Notes: generated by a model from the letters alone, not told the origin. DNA of 64,000 nucleotides from Verrucomicrobiota bacterium (GCA_050258035.1 JBLMYA010000092.1:24433-88432); one strand, 5' to 3'. Positions 46,711 through 55,069 are shown, numbered from the stretch's first letter. Numbers and translations: made by a program.

Positions 46711-47406
46711 CTAGACAGGCACGAGCTTGTAACCCACCTCGCGGACGGTGACGATCCGCTCGGGATGGGCCGGATCGCGCTCGATTTTCCTCCGCAGGTG
46801 CGAGACATGGACATCGCAGGCCCGCTGGTCGCCGACGTACGGCGTCTCCCAGAGGTGCTCCATGATCTCCCGCCGCGAGAAGACCTGTTCTGGATGCTCG
46901 GCGAGCAAGGCAAGAAGCCTGAACTCCGAGGGCGTCAGCTGTATCGGCTGTCCGTCCGCAACGACGCGGTGGCGTACGAGGTCGAGCTCGAGGCCGCCGA
47001 GGACTCGGGTCGGCCCGGCCGAGGCGGCGGTCCGGTCGAGTTCGCGGCGCCGGAGAAGTGCGCGTACCCGGCTCACGAGCTCGGCGAGGGAGAACGGCTT
47101 TGTCAAGTAGTCGTCGGCTCCGAGCTCGAGACCGAGCACCCGGTCGACCTCGGCGTCGCGCGCGGTGAGCATGATGATCGGGAGATCGCTCTCTGAGCGC
47201 AGCATGCGACAGACCTCGAGCCCCGTGAGCTTCGGCATCATCACGTCGAGGATGGCGATGTCGTAGCGGGCGCCGCCGCCGACAGCGATTAGGGCTGACT
47301 TCCCATCCCCGACCACGTCGACATCGAAGCCCTCGCGGCGCAAGGCGTAGCTAACGCTCTCGGTGAGGTCCGGCTCGTCGTCGGCAAGGAGGATGCGAGC
47401 GTTCAC
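46711..47406 (-). CDS. OmpR-family response regulator
   Basis: GTG at 47406 overlaps the kinase stop (GTGA). Receiver domain (ILLADDE, ILDVMMP, LTARD) plus a winged-helix output (VHVSHLRRKIE, VGYKL). Confidence 0.9.
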   Translation of the reverse strand: MNARILLADDEPDLTESVSYALRREGFDVDVVGDGKSALIAVGGGARYDIAILDVMMPKLTGLEVCRMLRSESDLPIIMLTARDAEVDRVLGLELGADDYLTKPFSLAELVSRVRALLRRRELDRTAASAGPTRVLGGLELDLVRHRVVADGQPIQLTPSEFRLLALLAEHPEQVFSRREIMEHLWETPYVGDQRACDVHVSHLRRKIERDPAHPERIVTVREVGYKLVPV

Positions 47407-49136
47407 TCGCTCTCCGTGCGCGCCGCTGCCAGCCTCACCCGCACAACGGTACCGCGTCCGGGCGCAGAGTCGATCTCGATGACCCCACCGAGCGCCTGGA
47501 CTGCCTCGCGCACGATCGCCAGACCGAGACCGAAGCCATCCTGGCGGCCGTTGCTGGTCTGGAAGAAGCGGTCGAAAACTCGCTCCTGGTCGGCGGGCCA
47601 GATGCCGGATCCCGTGTCGCTCACTCGGATCTGCACTTCGCTCGAGTCGAGTCGATCCGCTGCCACCATGATTCTGCCGCGTTCGGTGTGCTTGACCGCA
47701 TTGGCAACCAGGTTCGCGACGACCTGCTCGAGCAGGCTGCGCTGGCCGAGTGCGGCGAGCGCCTTCGGGCATGACACGTCGATGTCGACGCCGTCCGCCG
47801 GCTCGATTCCGTCAATCGCCTGCTCGATGACAGGCCTGAGCGGAACGGAGCCGAGCTGCAAGGTCTCCTGGCGGGTCTGCGTGCGAGCGAGGTCGAGCAA
47901 CGCCCGGACGAGGCGGCCGAGTCGCGTCGTCTGCCTGTCGATCAGGGCCAGGAAGCGGTCACGGTCGTCGGCGTCCTCCTTCGCCCCGAGCTGAAGCGCT
48001 TCCATCGCGTTCGTGATTGCGGCCAATGGCGTACGAAGCTCGTGCGCGGCGTTCGTGACGAACTCACGCTCCGCGCGCTCGCGGCGCTCTCGTGCGGACA
48101 CGTCCGATACGACGAGCAGCGCCATGTCGGTCCCGTACCCCGACGGCATCCCGACCACTGAGTACGTCCGCTCGTCGTCTGGTGAGACCCGCGCCTGTGA
48201 GATCCCCGCCCCGTCTTCGAACAGGGTGCGGGCGAGCGTTCTGATCTCGAAGTCGGGCCATGGCTCCGGCAGCGGCGCTCCTTCGGCCAGGGGCGAACCG
48301 GCGAAGATCCGGTGAGCCGCCCTGTTCGCCAACTCGACTTCCAGCCCGGGGTTCACCGCGACGACGCCCTCCTGCAGCTGCTCGAAGAGGGTTCGAAGCC
48401 GATCGCGCTCCGACTCCAAGGCTGCAAATGACTCGCGTAATCGACCCCTCATACGGTCGATCGTTGCGGCGAGGCCGCCGACCTCGTCATGGAGAACGCC
48501 GGGACGGAGCTCCGTCTCGAAACTGCCAGCCTCGATCGCCGCCGCCGTCGAGGCGATCCGACGCAGCCTCGCCGCGATCAGGACAGCCACGAGCAGGCCG
48601 ACGACGGCACCGACGAGCACCGCCAGTCCGGCGGCACGGAGGATCTCGGCATGCAGGAGCCCGGCCTCCGCGACCAGATCCTTCCGAAAGGAGACGGTCA
48701 CGAGCGCGGATCCAGGAGGCTCGCGCAGGGGAAGACCCACGACGATCCGGCTGCCTGAAGAGTCGTGATCGACAAATCGACGTCCCGAGAGCGCGCTTCC
48801 GAGGGCCTTGCGATCGAGCGGGTCGCTGCCGAAGCGGACACCGCGAGCGCCGCCGGGACTGAGCGGACGACGGTTCCGGTCGAACACGAACAGCGAGAGC
48901 TTGCGGCCCGCGGCGAGCACACCGATCGTCCGCGGCAGATCGCCCTGCTCCATTGCGGAGGCGATCTCGTGAGCGGCGACGACGCTACTCCCCGTTGCGA
49001 TCTCCTCTGCTCGCGTGGATAGCACGCTCTCGGCTCGTTGCGTGAGCACCTCGGCGACCGCAACTGCTGTCACCGCCGCCACGGCCGCGAACGCAAGTGC
49101 GAGCCACCAACGCATGCTGACGGCGATCCGTCGCAT
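47403..49136 (-). CDS. Sensor histidine kinase (two TM, extracytoplasmic loop, HAMP, HisKA, HATPase_c)
   Basis: 577 aa with H-box NAAHELRTPL, G-boxes DTGSGI and GFGLGLAIV. Confidence 0.9.
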   Translation of the reverse strand: MRRIAVSMRWWLALAFAAVAAVTAVAVAEVLTQRAESVLSTRAEEIATGSSVVAAHEIASAMEQGDLPRTIGVLAAGRKLSLFVFDRNRRPLSPGGARGVRFGSDPLDRKALGSALSGRRFVDHDSSGSRIVVGLPLREPPGSALVTVSFRKDLVAEAGLLHAEILRAAGLAVLVGAVVGLLVAVLIAARLRRIASTAAAIEAGSFETELRPGVLHDEVGGLAATIDRMRGRLRESFAALESERDRLRTLFEQLQEGVVAVNPGLEVELANRAAHRIFAGSPLAEGAPLPEPWPDFEIRTLARTLFEDGAGISQARVSPDDERTYSVVGMPSGYGTDMALLVVSDVSARERRERAEREFVTNAAHELRTPLAAITNAMEALQLGAKEDADDRDRFLALIDRQTTRLGRLVRALLDLARTQTRQETLQLGSVPLRPVIEQAIDGIEPADGVDIDVSCPKALAALGQRSLLEQVVANLVANAVKHTERGRIMVAADRLDSSEVQIRVSDTGSGIWPADQERVFDRFFQTSNGRQDGFGLGLAIVREAVQALGGVIEIDSAPGRGTVVRVRLAAARTESE

Positions 49137-49240
49137 CCCTCCAGCAGTATCGCCCGCGAGATGCTCCCAGGCAGCAGCCTGAGCAATTCTTCACGAGGCA
49201 CTCACACGAAACACAAGCAGGGTGGATACCGTCCTCGCCG

Positions 49241-49546
49241 GTGCGGCAAGAGCGTGAGAGGAGCGCTGACCACCTGGTCAACTGTCACGGGTACGACGTC
49301 ATCGCCGACGACGGCTGGCTCGGCAATGTCGAGACGCCCGTCTTCGGGTCAGACTCGAGCAGGCCGGACTACCTGGCGGTCCGCATGCAGCGGGAGGGCA
49401 TGCCACGGCGTGCGCTGGTTCCAGCTGCGCTCGTACGGCAAGTTGATTTCGACGACCGGCTCATCCACGTGAGGGGCAAGGTGCGGGAACTCGCCCGCCT
49501 GCCGGACGCCCTCCCGCTGGAACCGCAACCGCACCGCGGTGGCTAG
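49241..49546 (+). CDS. PRC-barrel-like small protein (tentative)
   Basis: 101 aa. LVNCHGYDVIADDGWLGNVETPVF...DYLAV fits the PRC-barrel pattern, and the frame has good GC3. Confidence 0.5.
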   Translation: MRQERERSADHLVNCHGYDVIADDGWLGNVETPVFGSDSSRPDYLAVRMQREGMPRRALVPAALVRQVDFDDRLIHVRGKVRELARLPDALPLEPQPHRGG

Positions 49547-49766
49547 ACCGTCGCTGGCCGACGCGGCGATGCCGACATCACACGTCAGATGCTGTCGAGC
49601 CGCGAGGCGGCCGCGTTCGCCTCGCAACCGAAGTGCGGTGTCGTCGCACGACGCCACGTCTGTAGCGTCAGGAGAGTCGAGAACAAGAGGCGCCGTCCTC
49701 GGCGCCGCCGCCACGCCGATCGTCTCCAGCGGGAGCGACTCGGCGGCGGCGCAGGACGAGCCGACC

Positions 49767-49898
49767 AACACGACCCCGCCCTCGATCTCGGGCACCGAGC
49801 GCGAGGGCGAATCCCTGCACGCCGACCGCGGAGGCTGGATCAGCCCGAGCGACTACTCGTACCAGTGGCAACGCTGCAAGTCGAATGGCTCGGACTGC
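49767..49898 (+). pseudogene. Dead fragment (half of one repeat) of the tandem-repeat secreted protein family
   Basis: NTTPPSISGTEREGESLHADRGGWISPSDYSYQWQRCKSNGSDC matches the first half of the ~88-aa repeat of genes 55372..57699 and 59523..60668. It has no start codon or signal peptide, and similarity ends abruptly 46 nt before the convergent MarR stop. Confidence 0.6.
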
Positions 49899-49943
49899 GC
49901 CGGGGAAGGCGCGCCCCTTTCGGGGAGAGTTCGGCGATCCGAT

Positions 49944-50435
49944 CTACGTCCTCTGTCTTGCGCGCCGGCGGGGTCGCGCGTCCAGTTCTGTTGCGCTGTC
50001 GAAGGTTCGTGCGAGAAGGCCAAACGCCTCGCCGAGAGCGCGGCGGTCGTCGTCGGTCGCCCGAATCGCCTCGGCGAGCCGTCGCTCGCCCTCGGCCGTG
50101 AGGCGGAGCTCGACGATGCGCTGGTCGCGTCTCGACCGCTCGCGGGCGACCAGGCCGGCCCGCTCCGTCCGGGTCACGAGCTCGCTCGCCGTGTTCGCCG
50201 AGATCCGGAGCTTCGCGGCGAGCTCACCCGTGCTCATCCGCTCCTTCCCGCCGGGTGCACCCTTGACCATCAGGAGCAGCAGGTAGCGCTGCGGAGTGAG
50301 TCCTGCCTGGCGCGCCCCGGCCTCGCTGCGCTCGAGAAAGCCGGCGAGCGCGGCGCGAAACTCGGCGATCAGCGCGACCCGGTCGGTCGAGAGCCGACCG
50401 TCGTCGAGGGACAGCTCGTTCTTGGAGGCTCTCAT
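49944..50435 (-). CDS. MarR-family transcriptional regulator (paralogue of 57866..58345)
   Basis: 163 aa. GLTPQRYLLLLMV...ELAAKLRISANTASELVTRTERAGLV...RLTAEGERRL is a winged-helix MarR pattern. Confidence 0.85.
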   Translation of the reverse strand: MRASKNELSLDDGRLSTDRVALIAEFRAALAGFLERSEAGARQAGLTPQRYLLLLMVKGAPGGKERMSTGELAAKLRISANTASELVTRTERAGLVARERSRRDQRIVELRLTAEGERRLAEAIRATDDDRRALGEAFGLLARTFDSATELDARPRRRARQRT

Positions 50436-50517
50436 GACATATCGGTATACGACCTTATCGCTCTACGACCTGCTAGCGTGCCATCGTATAGCTCTCTCAC
50501 CGACCAGGTCCGGGAGG

Positions 50518-51057
50518 ATGATGAGACCCGCACGCCGGTGTTCGCGTCTGCTGGGTGTCATGGGTTCGCTGGCAGTCCTTTGGCTGGCCCTGCCGGCTGT
50601 GCGACCCGCGGCCGCAGCGATGCCGCCGCCGAGTCATTGGGTCAAGAGCGGGCCGAGGGCGCATCGGGCCGACGTGCTGGTGATCGCGTCCTTCACGAAG
50701 GCTGCGGGGGGCTTCAACTTCGACGGCTTCGCGAAGGGGCGTCTGCGGATCACGGTGCCTGCCGGCTGGGCGGTGCACGTCGATTTCCGGAACGCCGGCC
50801 CGCTGCCCCACAGCCTGATGGTCGTCCCCTGGTCGACGAAGGCGACCGCGACTCGTCCGAAGCCGGCCTTCGGGGGAGCGGAGACCCCGCTTCCTTACCG
50901 CGGAACGCTGCGGGGCGGCCGCGCGCGGTTCGCCTTCACCGCGCGCAAGCCTGGTCAGTACCGGCTGATCTGCGCCGTGCCCGGCCACGACGCTGCGGGC
51001 ATGTGGGACACGCTGATCGTGAGCCGGAGCGCGACGCGGGCGACGGCAACGGCCTGA
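50518..51057 (+). CDS. Exported type-1 (blue) copper protein, sulfocyanin/plastocyanin-like cupredoxin
   Basis: ATG at 50518 or 50521 after GGGAGG. Signal peptide, then candidate His ligand (PLPHSLMV) and C-terminal ligand loop CAVPGHDAAGM (Cys-x4-His-x4-Met). Confidence 0.75.
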   Translation: MMRPARRCSRLLGVMGSLAVLWLALPAVRPAAAAMPPPSHWVKSGPRAHRADVLVIASFTKAAGGFNFDGFAKGRLRITVPAGWAVHVDFRNAGPLPHSLMVVPWSTKATATRPKPAFGGAETPLPYRGTLRGGRARFAFTARKPGQYRLICAVPGHDAAGMWDTLIVSRSATRATATA

Positions 51058-51066
51058 GTCCGTCCC

Positions 51067-51222
51067 GTGGTCGCGCCGCGATCCAGGAGCCTCCGCCGAC
51101 GGCGCCTCGCGCCCGCGGTCGCCGTCGTCGCGCAGGCGCCCTGGACCATCGAGCAGGGGCTCGACGACATCATCGGCCGCCTGCTCGGCCGGGGGATCCC
51201 CGCTCCGGAGATCGGGCAGTGA
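51067..51222 (+). CDS. Candidate 51-aa micro-protein translationally coupled to ycnI-like gene
   Basis: Below the size cut-off of the ORF track. GTG 51067 to TGA 51220-51222 encodes VVAPRSRSLRRRRLAPAVAVVAQAPWTIEQGLDDIIGRLLGRGIPAPEIGQ. By hand count 48 of 51 codons end in G/C. Its stop overlaps the next start (GTGA). Confidence 0.4.
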   Translation: MVAPRSRSLRRRRLAPAVAVVAQAPWTIEQGLDDIIGRLLGRGIPAPEIGQ

Positions 51223-51845
51223 GCGCACCCCGCCGCAGCATCGTCCTCTGCGCACTCCTGGTCGCGTTCGCGCTTCCCAGCCTGGCCCGAGCGCACGTGA
51301 CCCTGGCGCCGCACCAGCTCGCTCCGGGAGCCGAGAGGCTGCTCGTCTTCTCCGCCCCGGACGAGCGCGACCGCGTCGCGATCACCGCGCTCACGATCAC
51401 ACTCTCGCCCGGATTCGTCGTCGGGTCGGTCGAGGCAACGCCCGGCTGGACGGCCTCGGCCGGAACGCGCACCGTCGGCTGGCGAGGCGGCCGCATCCCG
51501 CCGAACCAGTTCGCCCAGCTGGCCGTTCGAGTCGTCGCTCCCGACCGCACCGGCAGCTTCACCGTCGAGGCCGTGGAGCACTTCGCCGACGGTCGCAGCT
51601 CGACCTTCCATCCCCGCCTCACCGTCCGGCCGCCCGCCGCCGTGCGGGCGGAGCCCGGTCGGGACTCGGGCGCGCGGACGCTCGGGAAGTTCGCCCTCGG
51701 CGCAGGCCTGATCGGCATCGTGCTCGCCGTCGCCGTCGGCTTCCTCGCCCTCCGCAACTGGTTGTCCCTGCCCGACCCGAGGGAAGAAACGGAGTATCCG
51801 GAGGCAGCCAAGTGGGAACCCACTCGCATGCCACCGTCGCGCTAG
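51219..51845 (+). CDS. ycnI: YcnI-like (DUF1775) copper-binding protein with C-terminal membrane anchor
   Basis: GTG at 51219. Signal peptide ...LPSLARA is followed by HVTLAP (N-terminal His of mature protein). C-terminal TM helix FALGAGLIGIVLAVAVGFLAL. Confidence 0.75.
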   Translation: MSAPRRSIVLCALLVAFALPSLARAHVTLAPHQLAPGAERLLVFSAPDERDRVAITALTITLSPGFVVGSVEATPGWTASAGTRTVGWRGGRIPPNQFAQLAVRVVAPDRTGSFTVEAVEHFADGRSSTFHPRLTVRPPAAVRAEPGRDSGARTLGKFALGAGLIGIVLAVAVGFLALRNWLSLPDPREETEYPEAAKWEPTRMPPSR

Positions 51846-52061
51846 TCGGCCCTACGGTGTCCGCCTGGATCCCTCCGAACCTCCGCAGCCGGAGCGCTTG
51901 ACCTGGCTCACGCTGATATTGATCCTGATTGCAGTCGTCGTGCTCGCCTTCTGCTTGTGGGTAATCCGCGGCTACCCCAGGCGGTGAGGGGATTGGCGCC
52001 ATTCCAAGAGAGTCGAGCCGGGCCGCTCGAGTCGCGTCTCGCCTGAGCCTCGCTGTCCCGC

Positions 52062-52496
52062 TCAACCTCCCTGCGGCCCGGCGCGAGACCGAGCAGAGTG
52101 TGCAAATGCTAGTTGCAGCGCGGACGCAATCAGGTAGATGGCAGTGGCGAGGAAGCCACCCAACGGCCAGGCGGCGACGTCTCGAACGACGTGAGCGACG
52201 GCCGACGCCGCCCCGATTGCAAGACCGACGGAGAAGACATGCAGACCACCCCATACCACTGCTCGCGCCGGCTCCGGAATCAAGGTCTCCCAGAAGCCGC
52301 CAAACGCCAGCACACCGACGAGGGCGAATCCCACCACGGCGCCGAGAAGAAAGAGGAGCGCCTCGGCGCTGCCGGGAATGCCGCGTGCGTGCGATAGCAC
52401 TGCGCCGCTTGTCCAGATCGTCAGTGTGTAGCCGTAGGGTGCGGCACTTGCCGCAACCGTCGCGCGAAGCGCCGACCGGTACCGCGACGCTTGCAC
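52062..52496 (-). CDS. Polytopic membrane protein, unknown function
   Basis: 144 aa with about 4 TM helices. Confidence 0.6.
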   Translation of the reverse strand: MQASRYRSALRATVAASAAPYGYTLTIWTSGAVLSHARGIPGSAEALLFLLGAVVGFALVGVLAFGGFWETLIPEPARAVVWGGLHVFSVGLAIGAASAVAHVVRDVAAWPLGGFLATAIYLIASALQLAFAHSARSRAGPQGG

Positions 52497-52629
52497 GTAT
52501 GAACCTTCGCAAACCGGTCACCCAATCCTGCCGCCCAGCGTTCGATGCTCGTCACGCCTGCCCTGCCGTCGCCGCCGCGGGAGAGACCGGTGCTGCGGGG
52601 GGAGGTGCTGCAGGCGCTCATGTGCTTGC

Positions 52630-52800
52630 AGCACCTCCAGGCCGAATGTTCTGGTTGACGTGGAAGACCGTGCGTGCGTTGGCTGGATCGGGGTCGATGC
52701 CACCGATGACCCCGGACCACTTGGCGTCGCGGTAGGCGAATGCCGTCTGGCCGGCCTCGCGACGGCGATCGACTCGTCCGTAATCCGATCGGACCGACGG
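52630..52800 (-). pseudogene. Remnant of a BBE/FAD-linked oxidase C-terminus (paralogue of 53627..55006) with internal deletion
   Basis: Own translation: ...EAGQTAFAYRDAKWSGVIGGIDPDPANARTVFHVNQNIRPGG. The intact gene reads ...DETPWAYRDTRWAQVIIAVDPDPAAA[~55 aa]GNVFRVNQNIQPAG. Confidence 0.6.
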
Positions 52801-52835
52801 CCATCACTCCGCCCCCGCCGAGCAAGACACCGATC

Positions 52836-53144
52836 TCACGCGGGACCCGTCACGCCGTCGGGCTGGACGACCAAGCGCACATCGGCGATCTCGAAGGTGG
52901 GTGCTCCCTCTACCTGGTAGGCGATTGGGATCGTGCGCGCAAGATCGGTCTCCCGGAACCGGTTGAGGGCCTCCTCGGAGTCCCAGACATAAACAGCGCC
53001 GAACTCGCCGGTATCGCGGAGGCGCAGGTAGAGCTTCTCCACGAGGCCAGGCACTGCACGGTAGTCGTTGGAGCGCTCCTCGAACATCGCCTGCACCTTC
53101 TCGTCGTCGAGCCTCGACTTGAAGCGAACAAGCGAGACGATCAA
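52836..53144 (-). CDS. Small dimeric alpha/beta-barrel (ABM/YdhR-like) protein
   Basis: 102 aa with a TTG start 10 nt after GAGGAGG. Sequence MIVSLVRFKSRL...AVYVWDSEEALNRF. Confidence 0.65.
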   Translation of the reverse strand: MIVSLVRFKSRLDDEKVQAMFEERSNDYRAVPGLVEKLYLRLRDTGEFGAVYVWDSEEALNRFRETDLARTIPIAYQVEGAPTFEIADVRLVVQPDGVTGPA

Positions 53145-53214
53145 TTGGCCGTCACCTCCTCTGCCGCAGTCTCAGGTCTTGCACGTTTCGTTGGGTTACG
53201 TCCTCGCTCGCTGG

Positions 53215-53228
53215 CGATGGATCCATCG
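53215..53228. promoter_or_regulatory. 14-bp perfect palindrome CGATGGATCCATCG, with a 14/15 direct copy of its left part at 53272-53286
   Basis: Read directly from the sequence. It lies 71 nt upstream of the start at 53144, in a 482-bp divergent intergenic region. Confidence 0.25.
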
Positions 53229-53626
53229 GCCCACGTCCCGGGACCTGTGCGATCCGCTCTCTGGCTCGTCTGCGATGGATCCACCGCCATCCCGCTGCGC
53301 CCTCCCTCGGTGAGGCCGTGCTCTCCCTCCGTGAAGCAACCGAGTCTGTCGCAGTGATGTGAGTGATGCGTGACGATCACCTAAACCTTTCGTCACACAC
53401 CAGATCCCGTCGTGGGCCGAGTAAACCTCCGCGCCCCGACGTCCTGACCGTGAGCCGCGGCAGAGGGACATCTGCTTCTCGGGCGTCGCCGTGAGCACTT
53501 CCGAGCGGGCGAGTTGCATGATGGGGAGCCCCGCCCGAGAAGGGATGACGCGAGGGTGCCGCGGTTCTAGACTCGCGTAGACCGGGGCCAGTTCCGGCCC
53601 GGTTTACGCCAATCGAGGAGGCTGCA

Positions 53627-55006
53627 GTGACCGCGATGGATGCTCGGCTGGAGTTGGGCGCCAGGTTCGAGGGCGAATTGGTCGGTCCCGAAGACGCGAG
53701 CTACGACAAGGCACGGGCTCTGTACAACGCGATGATCGACAAGCGGCCGGCGGTGATCGCACGCTGCACGTCCGCGAACGACGTCGCGCAGGCGGTCGCG
53801 TTCGCGCGCGCACACGAGCTGCCGCTGGCGGTGCGCGGCGGCGGTCACAACGGCGGCGGTCTCGGCAGCGTCGACGACGGCATCGTCGCCGACCTGTCAC
53901 CGCTGCGCTCGGTATCGGTCGATGCGGAGGCGCATACTGTTCGTGTCGGCGGCGGCTGTACCTGGGCCGACGTGGACGCCGCCACGAACCCGCATGGCCT
54001 GGCGGTGCCGTGTGGAGTGATCTCCACGACCGGTGTGGGCGGGCTCACGCTTGGAGGCGGTATCGGTCACCTGACGCGTGGCTACGGCCTGACGATCGAC
54101 AACCTGCTTGCTGCGGAGGTCGTGCTCGCAGATGGAGAGCAGGTCACGGCGAGCGCCGACGAGAACGCTGAGCTCTTCTGGGCCTTGCGTGGAGGCGGCG
54201 GTAACTACGGCGTGGTGACGGAGTTCACGTTCCGGGCGCATCCGGTCTCTGACGTGGTCGGCGGCCCGACGTTCTGGCCGATCGAGCAGACCGACGAGGT
54301 GCTCGCCGCCTACCGGGAGTACCTGCCCACGCTGGGGCGCAACGTCGGCGCGTTCTTCGCCTTCCACACCGTTCCCCCGGGCCCGCCGTTCCCGGAAGAG
54401 ATCCACCTGCGCAAGGTGTGCGGGATCGTCTGGTGCATCGTCGGCTCAGACGAAGAGGCGGCGCAGGCGATGGCGCCGATGCTTGCCGTTGGTACACCGC
54501 TCATGAACGGCGCCGGCCGCGTGCCGTTGCCGGGCTTGAACAGCGCGTTCGACGGCCTCTACCCGCCGGGCGATCAATGGTACTGGCGAGCCGACTTCGT
54601 CAACGAGATACCCGACGAGGCGGTGGCCCGCAATGCAGAGTGGAACGAGAAGATGCCAACCTGGAAGTCGGGCTCCCACATCTATCCGATCGACGGCGCC
54701 GCCCACGACGTCGGCCCAGACGAAACGCCATGGGCATATCGCGACACCCGCTGGGCGCAGGTGATCATCGCCGTAGATCCCGATCCCGCCGCCGCACCCG
54801 TCCTGCGCGAATGGGCCGTCGGCTACTGGGAAGCACTGCACCCATATTCAGCCGGGGGTGCGTACGTCAACTTCATGATGGACGAGGGCCAAGACAGGGT
54901 GAAGGCCACCTACCGCGACAACTACGACCGCCTCGCGAGAGCGAAGAAGACATACGACCCGGGGAACGTCTTCCGCGTCAACCAGAACATCCAACCAGCC
55001 GGGTAG
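53627..55006 (+). CDS. FAD-binding (FAD_binding_4) oxidoreductase with BBE-like C-terminus
   Basis: 459 aa with a GTG start after GAGGAGG. Has the LAVRGGGHNGGG FAD motif and C-terminal YDPGNVFRVNQNIQP. Confidence 0.85.
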   Translation: MTAMDARLELGARFEGELVGPEDASYDKARALYNAMIDKRPAVIARCTSANDVAQAVAFARAHELPLAVRGGGHNGGGLGSVDDGIVADLSPLRSVSVDAEAHTVRVGGGCTWADVDAATNPHGLAVPCGVISTTGVGGLTLGGGIGHLTRGYGLTIDNLLAAEVVLADGEQVTASADENAELFWALRGGGGNYGVVTEFTFRAHPVSDVVGGPTFWPIEQTDEVLAAYREYLPTLGRNVGAFFAFHTVPPGPPFPEEIHLRKVCGIVWCIVGSDEEAAQAMAPMLAVGTPLMNGAGRVPLPGLNSAFDGLYPPGDQWYWRADFVNEIPDEAVARNAEWNEKMPTWKSGSHIYPIDGAAHDVGPDETPWAYRDTRWAQVIIAVDPDPAAAPVLREWAVGYWEALHPYSAGGAYVNFMMDEGQDRVKATYRDNYDRLARAKKTYDPGNVFRVNQNIQPAG

Positions 55007-55069
55007 GCACCGCCGCCGCAGCGCCACAGGCGGAATCGCTGGACTGACCCGCTCGCACGTCGCGCACAA

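Noticed and set aside
49539-51845. 768-aa plus-strand ORF
   Set aside because: It is a composite open frame running through a dead repeat fragment, the antisense of a MarR gene, an out-of-frame cupredoxin region and the real ycnI-like gene. Only 49767-49898 (pseudogene) and 51219-51845 are meaningful in this frame.
53141-53380. 79-aa minus-strand ORF with a His/Cys-rich N-terminus (MIVTHHSHHCDRLGC...) upstream of the ABM-like gene
   Set aside because: About 22 of 79 codons end in A/T. The rest of the product looks disordered, and I see no RBS. It is more likely non-coding sequence carrying the palindromic sites.
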